This document shows positions 56,035-64,000 of a stretch of 64,000 nucleotides of DNA, piece after piece. Below the pieces are notes generated by a model. That model saw only the letters and a list, made by a program, of their open reading frames with translations, searched no databases and had not been told where the DNA came from. Within the stretch, counting starts at the first letter, position 1; each line of letters starts with the position of its first letter. Position numbers and translations under genes: made by a program. Source of the DNA: an uncultured Acidobacteriota bacterium (lineage in GTDB: Bacteria; Acidobacteriota; Thermoanaerobaculia; Thermoanaerobaculales; Sulfomarinibacteraceae); the NCBI GenBank assembly GCA_963844845.1, contig CAWJPW010000011.1:384476-448475 (forward strand). Direction: 5' to 3'.

Positions 56035-57231
56035 TCACGGCGGCGCCGGCAGGACGTAGCAGCGCACCCGCTCGCCGGCAGCGCGCCGCTCTCCCGGCTC
56101 GAGCCGCACCAGCGCGTCGGCGGCGGCGCCGGCGGTGAGGTCGTGCGAGCCGCGCCACGGCAACACCGTGACCCGTGCGGCCCAGACCTCCCGCTCGAGC
56201 CGCGCCGGACGAAGCACCGTGCGCTCGCCATCGTTGGCAACGGCACTGGTGAGCTCGGCGCTGAAGAAGTCGTCGGTAAAGGCGGCAGGGTCACCGGCCA
56301 GCGCGCGCACCAGAGGCAGACCCAGCATGCACCACCCCGCCAGCACCGCCAGTGGGTTGCCGGGCAACCCCAGCAGCCAGGCAGCGCCCAGCCGCGCCGC
56401 CAGCACCGGCTTGCCTGGCTTCACCCGTACCCGGTGGAAGACGATTTCGCCGCCCAACGCTGCCACTGCCCCCGGCACCAGGTCGTAGTCGCCCACGGAG
56501 ACGCCCCCCGAGGTCACCACCAGGTCGGCAACGGCGGCAGCCTCGGCGAGCGCGCGCTGCAGCACCTCCGGTTCATCGGGGGCGATGACCTGCGGCGGCG
56601 CGACGAGGCCGGCCGAACGCGCCAGGGCGTCCATCATGGGGCCATTGGCGTTACGGATCTGGCCGGGACCGGGGCTGACGCCCGCCTCGACCAGCTCGCT
56701 ACCGTTCATCACCACAGCCAGGCGGGGCCGCGGCACCACTCGCACGGTACTGCCGCCGGCGGCCGCCATCAGGCCCAGCCGCTGGGCCGTGACGAGATCG
56801 CCGATAGCGGCCAGGGGCGCGCCAGCGGCGACGACCTCGCCACGGTGCCGGACCCAGCAGCCCGGGGATGCTGCCGGCAGGCAGACCCTGTCGTCGGCGT
56901 CCACCTCGGCATCCTCCTGCGCCACGACCGCGTCCGCCCCGCGCGGCAACGGCGCACCGGTGAAGATCCGCGCCGCCTGGCCCGAAGGCAGGGGGGGCGG
57001 CGCCTCGCCGGCGGGCACCGTGAACGCCACCGGTAGGGGTGACCCTCCGAGGTCGGCGGCCCGGGCCGCCCAGCCGTCCATCTCGGCCACATCGGCGGGG
57101 GGAAGATCGAGTTCGGCCCGCGGCGCGGCCGCTAGCCGACAGCCCAGGGCCGCCGCCAGCGGCACCTCCACGGGGGGGAGCAGCCGCACCACAGCGGCCA
57201 GCCGGGCACGAGCCTCGTCGAGGGAGATCAT
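56035..57231 (-). CDS. moeA: Molybdopterin molybdenumtransferase
   Basis: From the ATG at 57231: MISLDEARARL...DVAEMDGWA...IFTGAPLPRGADAVV...VTSGGVSVGDYD...KPGKP...GLPGNP. Confidence 0.9.
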   Translation of the reverse strand: MISLDEARARLAAVVRLLPPVEVPLAAALGCRLAAAPRAELDLPPADVAEMDGWAARAADLGGSPLPVAFTVPAGEAPPPLPSGQAARIFTGAPLPRGADAVVAQEDAEVDADDRVCLPAASPGCWVRHRGEVVAAGAPLAAIGDLVTAQRLGLMAAAGGSTVRVVPRPRLAVVMNGSELVEAGVSPGPGQIRNANGPMMDALARSAGLVAPPQVIAPDEPEVLQRALAEAAAVADLVVTSGGVSVGDYDLVPGAVAALGGEIVFHRVRVKPGKPVLAARLGAAWLLGLPGNPLAVLAGWCMLGLPLVRALAGDPAAFTDDFFSAELTSAVANDGERTVLRPARLEREVWAARVTVLPWRGSHDLTAGAAADALVRLEPGERRAAGERVRCYVLPAPP

Positions 57232-57362
57232 GGCGTCCAGTGTAGCCCCCCACCCTCCACCCTCGCTCAGCACCAACAGCCTCGACGACCACTGACAACT
57301 TTTCCCCAGGACGTGACAGGGGGAACCCTTCTCTCTTGGCCTGGAGCGCTCCCGAGCGACCC

Positions 57363-58838
57363 CTACCGTTCCACTCTGTAGTTCGGCGCTTCCTTGGTGA
57401 TGACCACGTCGTGGGCGTGCGACTCACGCACGCCGGAGGGGGTGACGCGGACGAACTGCGCCTTGTCGTGCAGCTCGGCGATGCTGGCACAGCCGGAAAG
57501 GCCCATGCCGGCGCACAGGCCGCCCACGAGCTGTACGACCTGGTTGGCCAGGGGACCCTTGTAGGGCACCATCCCCTCGATCCCCTCGGGCACCAGCTTG
57601 GTCTCCTCGCCGGTGGTCTCCTGGAAGTAGCGGTCCGACGAACCGTGCGCCGACTTCATCGCCCCCAGCGAGCCCATCCCGCGGTAGGCCTTGAAGGTGC
57701 GGCCCTGGTAGAGGATCTGCTCGCCCGGCGACTCCTCCACACCTGCGAAGAGGGAGCCGATCATGACCACGTCGGCCCCCGCGGCCAGCGCCTTGGTGAT
57801 GTCCCCCGAGTAGCGGATGCCGCCGTCGGCGATGAGCGGCACGCCGAGCTCCCGGGCTACGACGACGCAGTCCTGGACGGCGCTGACCTGCGGCATACCG
57901 GCGCCGGTGACCACGCGGGTCGTGCAGATGGAGCCCGGCCCGATCCCCACCTTCACGCAGTCCGCGCCCAGCGCGACCAGGTCGCGGACCGCCGCTCCGG
58001 TGGCGACGTTGCCGATGATGAGGGGCACGCCGGGGAAGCGCTCGCGGACCTTTTCGGCCGCCCGCATCACACCGCGGGAGTGGGCGTGGGAGCTGTCGAG
58101 GCAGAGCACGTCCACCTTGCGATCCACCAGCGCCTGGCAGCGTTCGAGGAAGTCGCCGCTGGCGCCGATCGCCGCCGCGGCACGCAGCCGTCCGAGGTCG
58201 TCCTTGCAGGCGTTGGGGTACTCCTGCGCCTTCTTGATGTCCTTGACCGTGATGAGACCCTTGAGGCCACCCTCGGAGTCCACCACCAGGAGCTTCTCGA
58301 TGCGGTGCTGGTGGAGCAGCTGCTTGGCCTCGTCCAGGGTGGTGCCCACCGAGGCGGTGACCAGGCTCTCCTTGGTCATGAAGTCCGAGATGGGGCGGTC
58401 GAACTCGGTGCAAAAGCGCAGGTCACGGTTGGTTAGGATGCCCTTGAGCTGGCCGTGGCGGTCCACCACCGGCAGGCCCGAGATCCGGTAGCGCGCCATC
58501 ACCTCGAGGGCGTCGCGCACCAGCTGGTCGGGCTGAATGGTCACCGGATCGACGATCATTCCCGACTCCGAGCGCTTGACCTTGTCCACCTCGTCGGCCT
58601 GGCGCTCGATGGTCATGTTCTTGTGGATAATGCCGATTCCGCCGTGCTGGGCCATGGCGATGGCCATCGGGGCCTCGGTGACCGTGTCCATGGCGGCCGA
58701 CACGATGGGGAGGTTGAGACCGATCCCGCCACGGGTGAGCCGGGTGCGCACGTCCACGCTGTTGGGGTGCACCTCGGAGCGCGAGGGCACCAGCAGGACG
58801 TCGTCGAAGGTCAAGGCCACCGGGATGTCATGTGCCAT
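57363..58838 (-). CDS. guaB: IMP dehydrogenase
   Basis: From the ATG at 58838: [21 protein letters not shown]...[12 protein letters not shown]...two CBS domains...[11 protein letters not shown]...GGIRYSGD. Confidence 0.95.
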   Translation of the reverse strand: MAHDIPVALTFDDVLLVPSRSEVHPNSVDVRTRLTRGGIGLNLPIVSAAMDTVTEAPMAIAMAQHGGIGIIHKNMTIERQADEVDKVKRSESGMIVDPVTIQPDQLVRDALEVMARYRISGLPVVDRHGQLKGILTNRDLRFCTEFDRPISDFMTKESLVTASVGTTLDEAKQLLHQHRIEKLLVVDSEGGLKGLITVKDIKKAQEYPNACKDDLGRLRAAAAIGASGDFLERCQALVDRKVDVLCLDSSHAHSRGVMRAAEKVRERFPGVPLIIGNVATGAAVRDLVALGADCVKVGIGPGSICTTRVVTGAGMPQVSAVQDCVVVARELGVPLIADGGIRYSGDITKALAAGADVVMIGSLFAGVEESPGEQILYQGRTFKAYRGMGSLGAMKSAHGSSDRYFQETTGEETKLVPEGIEGMVPYKGPLANQVVQLVGGLCAGMGLSGCASIAELHDKAQFVRVTPSGVRESHAHDVVITKEAPNYRVER

Positions 58839-58843
58839 GGTGC

Positions 58844-61630
58844 TCAGCTCCGAGCCTTCGTGGCGGCTCCGCAACAGTGCTTGTACTTCTTGCCCGAGCC
58901 GCACGGGCAGGGGTCGTTCCGTCCCACCTTGGGCTGGGTCCGGCGGACGGTGGTGGGTGCCGCGGGCGCTCCCACCGGGTTGTTGGCCACCCGTTCCTGC
59001 TGCTCCCGGGACGCCCCCAGCCCCTGCGCCTCGGGATGGGACAGGGTAGCAGGTACGCCGCGCCTGCGGAACTGAAGGTCCTGAACCGGCTCGGCGTGGA
59101 ACAGGAACACGAGGACCTGGTCCTCGACGCGCTCCCACATCCCCTCGAAGAGGTCATAGGACTCGCGCTTGTACTCGACCAACGGGTCACGTTGTCCGTA
59201 GGCGCGGAGGCCGATGCCCTCGCGCAGGTGGTCGAGGCCCAGGAGGTGGTCCTTCCACTGGCGATCCACGGTCTCGAGCAGGATGAACTTCTCGAGCCGG
59301 GCGAACTCGGCATCACCGAACCGTTCCACCCGGGACTCGTAGTGCTCGCGGGCGGTGGCGGTGAGCCGCTCCTCCAGCTCCACACGGCTGACGATCTCCC
59401 AGTCGATGCCAACGCTCGCGGTTGTGAGCCCGAAGTACTTGCCGTACTCCACGTCGAGACCGGCCACGTTCCAGTCGGCCGGATCGAGGTCCTCGCCGCA
59501 GTAGCGTTCCAACAGCATGACGACCACGTCCTCGACCACGCGCAGGATGTAGCCGCGTCCCTCGCTCCCGTCGAGGATGGAGCGGCGCAGGCGGTACACC
59601 GCCTCGCGCTGCTTGTTCATGACGTCGTCGTACTCCAACAGGTGCTTTCTGATCTCGAAGTTGCGCGCCTCCACCTGCTTCTGCGCCCTGGCGATGGACT
59701 TGGTCACGAGATTGGACTCGATGGGAACGCCCTCCTCCATGCCGAGACGGTCCATCATCTTGCGCACCCAGTCGGAGGCGAAGATGCGCATGAGGTCGTC
59801 CTCGAGGGAGAGATAGAACCGCGAAACACCGGGGTCGCCCTGTCGGCCTGAACGGCCGCGCAGCTGGTTGTCGATGCGCCGCGCCTCGTGGCGCTCGGTA
59901 CCGAGGATGTAGAAGCCGCCGGCCTCCAGGACTTTCTGCTTCTCCTCCGCGCACGTCTTCGTGTACCGCGCGAGGGCCGCGGTGAAGGCCTCGGGGTCCG
60001 TAGACGGACTTGCCTCGGTGTGGGCGAGGCCCTCGGGGTTGCCGCCGAGGACGATGTCGGTGCCGCGGCCGGCCATATTCGTGGCGATGGTCACCGCCCC
60101 CAGCCGCCCGGCCTGGGCCACGATCTCGGCCTCGCGCTCGTGGTACTTGGCGTTCAGAACCACGTGCTTGATCCGCCTCCGCTGCAGCATCTTGGCCAGG
60201 TGCTCGGACTTCTCGATGGAGACGGTGCCCACTAGGACCGGCTGGCCGCGACGATTGCAGTCGGCGATCTCCTCGATCACGGCGTCGAACTTCTCGCGCT
60301 CGGTCTTGTAGACCATGTCCGAGCGGTCGTCGCGCACCATCGGCCGGTTGGTGGGAATGACCACCACGTCGAGGCCGTAGATCTTGGCGAACTCCTCCGA
60401 CTCGGTCTCCGCCGTACCGGTCATGCCGGCGAGCTTCTCGTACATCCGGAAGTAGTTCTGCAGGGTGATGGTGGCCAGCGTCTGGTTCTCCGACTGGATC
60501 TTGACGTGCTCCTTGGCCTCCACCGCCTGGTGCAGGCCATCGGACCAACGCCGGCCGGGCATGAGGCGGCCGGTGAACTCGTCGACGATGATCACCTCGC
60601 CGTCCTTGAGGATGTACTCCTTGTCGCGGCGGAAGAGGGCGTGCGCTCGCAGTGCCTGGTTACACGCGTGCAAGGTGTCGATGTTGGTCGGGTCGTAGAG
60701 GTTCTCCGTCCCCAGCAGCTTCTCCGCCCGCGCCACGCCCTGCTCGGTGAGCACCGCGGTCTGCGCCTTCTCGTCGACCAGGAAATCGCCGGTCACGGTC
60801 TTGTTGCCGTGCTTGTCCTCGATCTCCTCGCCGCGCTGCAGCTTGGGGATGATCGCGTCGACCCGGTAGTAGAGATCCACCGACATCTCCGAGGGTCCGG
60901 AGATGATGAGCGGCGTCCGCGCCTCATCCACCAGGATCGAGTCCACCTCGTCGACGATGGCGTAGACGTGGTCCCGCTGGACCATGCGCTCGATCTCGAA
61001 CTTCATGTTGTCGCGCAGGTAGTCGAACCCGAACTCGTTGTTGGTTCCGTAGGTGATATCGGCGCCGTAGGCCTCGACTCGCTCGGCGTCGGTCATCTGG
61101 TTTTGGATGCAGCCGATGGTGAAGCCGAGGAAGCCGTACACCTGCCCCATCCAGTCGGCGTCGCGGCGGGCAAGGTAGTCGTTCACGGTCACCACGTGCA
61201 CGCCTCGTCCGGTGAGAGCGTTGAGCACCACCGGCAGGGTCGCCACCAGAGTCTTGCCCTCGCCCGTCTTCATCTCGGCGATCTTGCCCTCGTGCAGGAT
61301 GATGCCGCCGATGAGCTGGACGTCGAAGTGGCGCATGTGGAGGCTGCGCCACGCCGCCTCGCGCACGATGGCGAAGACCTCCACGAGCTCGGCATCCAGC
61401 ACCTCGGTGACGTAGCGGCGCCGCGCCACCGGCTCATCCGGAAGCTCGGCCGTGGCGCCCCGCACCCGCTCCCGGATGGTGCCGAAGCGCGCCTTGAGCT
61501 CGTCGTCCCCGAGCTGCTCGAACTCCGGGGCCAGGGCGTTGATGGCGGCGATGCGCGAGCGCATCTTCTTGATGTCGCGCTCGTGCTTGGTGCCGAAGAC
61601 GGTGTCAATGGCCTTCTCGACAATGTTCAT
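58844..61630 (-). CDS. secA: Preprotein translocase ATPase
   Basis: 928 aa. [43 protein letters not shown], and the C-terminal zinc motif [14 protein letters not shown]. Confidence 0.97.
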   Translation of the reverse strand: MNIVEKAIDTVFGTKHERDIKKMRSRIAAINALAPEFEQLGDDELKARFGTIRERVRGATAELPDEPVARRRYVTEVLDAELVEVFAIVREAAWRSLHMRHFDVQLIGGIILHEGKIAEMKTGEGKTLVATLPVVLNALTGRGVHVVTVNDYLARRDADWMGQVYGFLGFTIGCIQNQMTDAERVEAYGADITYGTNNEFGFDYLRDNMKFEIERMVQRDHVYAIVDEVDSILVDEARTPLIISGPSEMSVDLYYRVDAIIPKLQRGEEIEDKHGNKTVTGDFLVDEKAQTAVLTEQGVARAEKLLGTENLYDPTNIDTLHACNQALRAHALFRRDKEYILKDGEVIIVDEFTGRLMPGRRWSDGLHQAVEAKEHVKIQSENQTLATITLQNYFRMYEKLAGMTGTAETESEEFAKIYGLDVVVIPTNRPMVRDDRSDMVYKTEREKFDAVIEEIADCNRRGQPVLVGTVSIEKSEHLAKMLQRRRIKHVVLNAKYHEREAEIVAQAGRLGAVTIATNMAGRGTDIVLGGNPEGLAHTEASPSTDPEAFTAALARYTKTCAEEKQKVLEAGGFYILGTERHEARRIDNQLRGRSGRQGDPGVSRFYLSLEDDLMRIFASDWVRKMMDRLGMEEGVPIESNLVTKSIARAQKQVEARNFEIRKHLLEYDDVMNKQREAVYRLRRSILDGSEGRGYILRVVEDVVVMLLERYCGEDLDPADWNVAGLDVEYGKYFGLTTASVGIDWEIVSRVELEERLTATAREHYESRVERFGDAEFARLEKFILLETVDRQWKDHLLGLDHLREGIGLRAYGQRDPLVEYKRESYDLFEGMWERVEDQVLVFLFHAEPVQDLQFRRRGVPATLSHPEAQGLGASREQQERVANNPVGAPAAPTTVRRTQPKVGRNDPCPCGSGKKYKHCCGAATKARS

Positions 61631-61697
61631 AGACGTACCTCTGTTGGGCGGGAGCGGCGCGGCCGGCGGGACGTGCGGGCGGCGAAGGGCGGAGGAC

Positions 61698-62588
61698 TCA
61701 GAAGGCGTTCAGGATGTAGTAGAGCGGGTTGACGGACCTGCCGTCCTCGTGCACCTCGTAGTGCAGATGCGGCCCGGTTGAGCGTCCGGTGCTGCCCAGC
61801 AAGCCGATGGTGTCGCCTCGCCGCACCTCGTCGCCAGGCTTCACCGACACCTTGCTCAGATGGCCGAAAACCGTTGTGTACCCGAAGCCGTGCGCGAGCC
61901 GCACCATCTTGCCGAAGCCACCGTCGTACCCCGAGAACACAACCACGCCGTCGGCGGGCGCCTCCACCGGGGTGCCGGTCCGTGCCGCAATGTCCAGGCC
62001 CCTGTGGTTGGCCCAACGGCCGGTGAAGGGATCGCGCCGCTTGCCGAAGCCGTCGGTGATCACACCCATCACTGGCGCGATGGTCGGCATCGCCGCCAGC
62101 TCCTGCGAGGTGCTGGTCATGTGCTCTTCCACGAGGTCGAGCTTGTGCGCGATCCATTCTCCCTGTGACCTCAACTGCTCCGGCGTTTCGGGTAGACGAT
62201 CGTACGGGCCGCCGCTGCCCGCCCGCTCAGACCTGCCGTCCGCCTCGGGGAACACCGTCGGCTCGTTCTCCAATCCTGCCGCCAGCGCCAGCCGGGCCGT
62301 ACGCTCCTCAAACTCGTCGAGGCGCGCCTGGACCTCGGCAACGGTACCTTCGAGCTGGCGGTTGACCTCTTGCAGCTGGCGGTTCTCGTCGTTCAGGCGC
62401 TTGAGCTCGGCGCGGCGGTGAACCGCCCCGCCGGTGTAGACGATCGCCACCACGGAGAGGACCAGGGCCGCCAACAGACAGGAGGTCGCGATGACCAACG
62501 CCCTGGTGGAGAACGTGAACTTGAAGAAGCGGGCCTTGCTGTGGGGAACGACAATGACGGTATTGACACGTCTCGGCATTTTCCCCAC
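61698..62588 (-). CDS. M23-family peptidoglycan metalloendopeptidase
   Basis: N-terminal TM segment and coiled coil. [20 protein letters not shown]...[15 protein letters not shown]. Confidence 0.9.
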   Translation of the reverse strand: MGKMPRRVNTVIVVPHSKARFFKFTFSTRALVIATSCLLAALVLSVVAIVYTGGAVHRRAELKRLNDENRQLQEVNRQLEGTVAEVQARLDEFEERTARLALAAGLENEPTVFPEADGRSERAGSGGPYDRLPETPEQLRSQGEWIAHKLDLVEEHMTSTSQELAAMPTIAPVMGVITDGFGKRRDPFTGRWANHRGLDIAARTGTPVEAPADGVVVFSGYDGGFGKMVRLAHGFGYTTVFGHLSKVSVKPGDEVRRGDTIGLLGSTGRSTGPHLHYEVHEDGRSVNPLYYILNAF

Positions 62589-62756
62589 GACTCCTCCTCG
62601 ACGAGATGAAACTCGAAACGCCCCAACCAGAGCTACGCGATTTTGCCATCGTGAGCAGGCGGTGTCAAACGGCCATTCGAATCACCCCCGACGAGGTGAT
62701 GTCGGTCACCTTCGCGAGATTGACCAGAAACGCATCTCCTCTCGGATGCCGCAGGT

Positions 62757-62785
62757 TGACACCGGGGACCCGAACCGGGAGAATG
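62757..62785 (+). promoter_or_regulatory. Candidate sigma-70-type promoter
   Basis: TTGACA at 62757-62762, a 17-nt spacer, then GAGAAT at 62780-62785. It lies about 43 nt upstream of the ATG at 62828, which is preceded by AAGGAGGAGGAG. Confidence 0.4.
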
Positions 62786-62827
62786 CCCCTGGTCCCAGCG
62801 ACCACATCATGAAGGAGGAGGAGCACG

Positions 62828-63058
62828 ATGAGAACTCGTAATCTGACTGTCATTGCTCTCGTGGCCCTGCTGGCCCTCGGCCTGAGCCTGACGATGGCCT
62901 GCAAGGCACAGCAGCCCGCCCAAGAGCAGCCTGCCGTCGAGCAGCCCGCCGCCGAGGCCACCCCGGCCGACGAGGGCATGCAGGAGGCCCCTGAGGCCGG
63001 TGCCGAGGAGACTCCCGCGGCTGGCGCCGAGGAGACTCCCGCCGCGGCCAACCAGTAG
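62828..63058 (+). CDS. Small Ala/Glu/Pro-rich lipoprotein
   Basis: MRTRNLTVIALVALLALGLSLTMAC (signal peptide plus a lipobox-like LTMAC). It continues with a low-complexity acidic tail carrying the direct repeat AGAEETPAAGAEETPAA. Strong SD. Confidence 0.65.
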   Translation: MRTRNLTVIALVALLALGLSLTMACKAQQPAQEQPAVEQPAAEATPADEGMQEAPEAGAEETPAAGAEETPAAANQ

Positions 63059-63076
63059 GCTGACACGAACCGTTTG

Positions 63077-63109
63077 CGATGACGCCCCGGGACGCCCGGG
63101 GCGTCATCG
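63077..63109. terminator. Perfect 14-bp GC hairpin between convergent genes (candidate bidirectional terminator)
   Basis: CGATGACGCCCCGG (63077-63090), loop GACGC, CCGGGGCGTCATCG (63096-63109). There is no clear U-tract on either side. Confidence 0.55.
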
Positions 63110-63120
63110 TCTCTGTGTCG

Positions 63121-64000
63121 TCAGACGCCCGACGGATCCTCGGCCACGATCTCGAGCGCCCCTCGCGCCTGGCGTTGCAGCCGGTTTAGCTCCTCGAGCC
63201 TGTGGTGACAGCGATCGTACACGGAGCCCGGCGTCCAGCTTCCGTCGTCACTGCGCTCACCAGCCGGAATGCCGGCGAGCAGCTCGATACCGTCTTCCAC
63301 GGTGTCCACCGCCCAGACGTGGAAGCTCCCCGCCGCCACCGCCTCCGTCACCTCCGCAGCGAGCTGGAGGTCGGCGACGTTGGCGGTGGGCACCATCACC
63401 CCCTGCGCACCGTCGAGACCGAGTTCCTGGCACACCCGAAAGAACCCCTCCACCTTCTCGTTGACGCCGCCAATGGGCTGGATGTTCCCGTATTGGTCGA
63501 CGGAACCGGTGACGGCGACGCCCTGAAGCAGGGGCAGCTCGGCCAGCGCCGAAAGGATGGCGTACACCTCGGTGGACGACGCCGAGTCGCCGTCGATGCC
63601 ACCGTAGGACTGTTCGAAGGTGATGGAGCAGGTCATCGCTAGGGGCGTCCGGTCGAAGGTGCCCCTCAGGAACCCGGTGAGGATGCTCACGCCCTTGTCG
63701 TGGGTAGGCCCGGAGAGGCCGGAGCGTCGCTCGACGTCGACCACCCCGGCACGGCCCACCCCGACGCGGGCGGTGATGCGGCTGGGCTTGCCGAATCTGG
63801 TATGACCGAGATCGTAGACCGCGAGACCGTTCACCTGCCCCACCGCCGTGCCCGAGATGGCAATGCGGACGACCCCATCGGTGATGAGCTGGTGGGTGCG
63901 ATCCTCCCACAGGCCGTGCCGCCGGCGGTGGGCGGCCACCGCCGCCGCGACGTACTCGCGCCCGACGATGGCGCTGCCGTCCGACTCGGTCCAGTGCGAG
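63121..64000 (-). CDS. Lon-family (S16) protease, C-terminal proteolytic domain; N-terminus beyond the window edge
   Basis: GQVNGLAVYDLG...GPTHDKGVSILTGFL...YGGIDGDSASSTEVYAILSALAELPLLQGVAVTGSVDQYGNIQPIGGVNEKVEGFF (catalytic Ser and downstream Lys context). The frame stays open upstream of the track's M at 63939 to the window end. Confidence 0.75.
   Translation of the reverse strand, partial: SHWTESDGSAIVGREYVAAAVAAHRRRHGLWEDRTHQLITDGVVRIAISGTAVGQVNGLAVYDLGHTRFGKPSRITARVGVGRAGVVDVERRSGLSGPTHDKGVSILTGFLRGTFDRTPLAMTCSITFEQSYGGIDGDSASSTEVYAILSALAELPLLQGVAVTGSVDQYGNIQPIGGVNEKVEGFFRVCQELGLDGAQGVMVPTANVADLQLAAEVTEAVAAGSFHVWAVDTVEDGIELLAGIPAGERSDDGSWTPGSVYDRCHHRLEELNRLQRQARGALEIVAEDPSGV

Overview
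High-GC (about 70% by eye) bacterial chromosomal window with unusually many structured intergenic repeats. All calls come from reading the ORF translations and the DNA by eye; no searches or computations were run.

Positions 1-18315 are almost entirely minus strand (one small plus-strand ORF at 6296-6520) and form a surface-polysaccharide locus headed by a NusG paralogue. In transcription order it carries a Wzc-type tyrosine autokinase, a TviB/TviC-like UDP-sugar dehydrogenase and epimerase pair, RmlA, a TauE-like permease, Fcl, an MsbA-like ABC exporter, a WxcM-like FdtC/FdtA fusion, a DegT-family aminotransferase and a Wzx-like flippase. The flippase is cut by the window edge and is missing from the ORF track.

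Three things interrupt this locus:
- A 2.7-kb tandem array of REP-doublet units (221-bp period) with an embedded REP-associated tyrosine transposase (RAYT).
- A four-helix-bundle ('23S rRNA IVS protein'/Avd-like) gene bounded by roughly 31-nt inverted arms, sitting exactly between the dehydrogenase and the epimerase.
- A 67-codon in-frame insertion in the epimerase that carries the same repeat arm.

A second repeat family of about 250 nt occurs five times. Its hairpin arms differ between copies but stay complementary.

The rest is mostly housekeeping or accessory:
- Class-V aminotransferase, SNF2/SWIM helicase, GH57 plus GalT-like pair, hybrid histidine kinase, EamA transporter.
- czcCBA-type RND efflux, SDR, secreted beta-helix protein, cyclase-family hydrolase.
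- HD-GYP/TPR-lipoprotein/Roadblock chain, ftsY, ribD-ribE plus an unknown ORF and an LplA-like ligase, AmpG-like MFS.
- YfhO-like/GT2/LPG-synthase-TM glycosylation module, moeA-moaC-moaB, guaB, secA, M23 peptidase, a small lipoprotein and an edge-truncated Lon-like protease.

No rRNA, tRNA, CRISPR array or cas gene was recognised.
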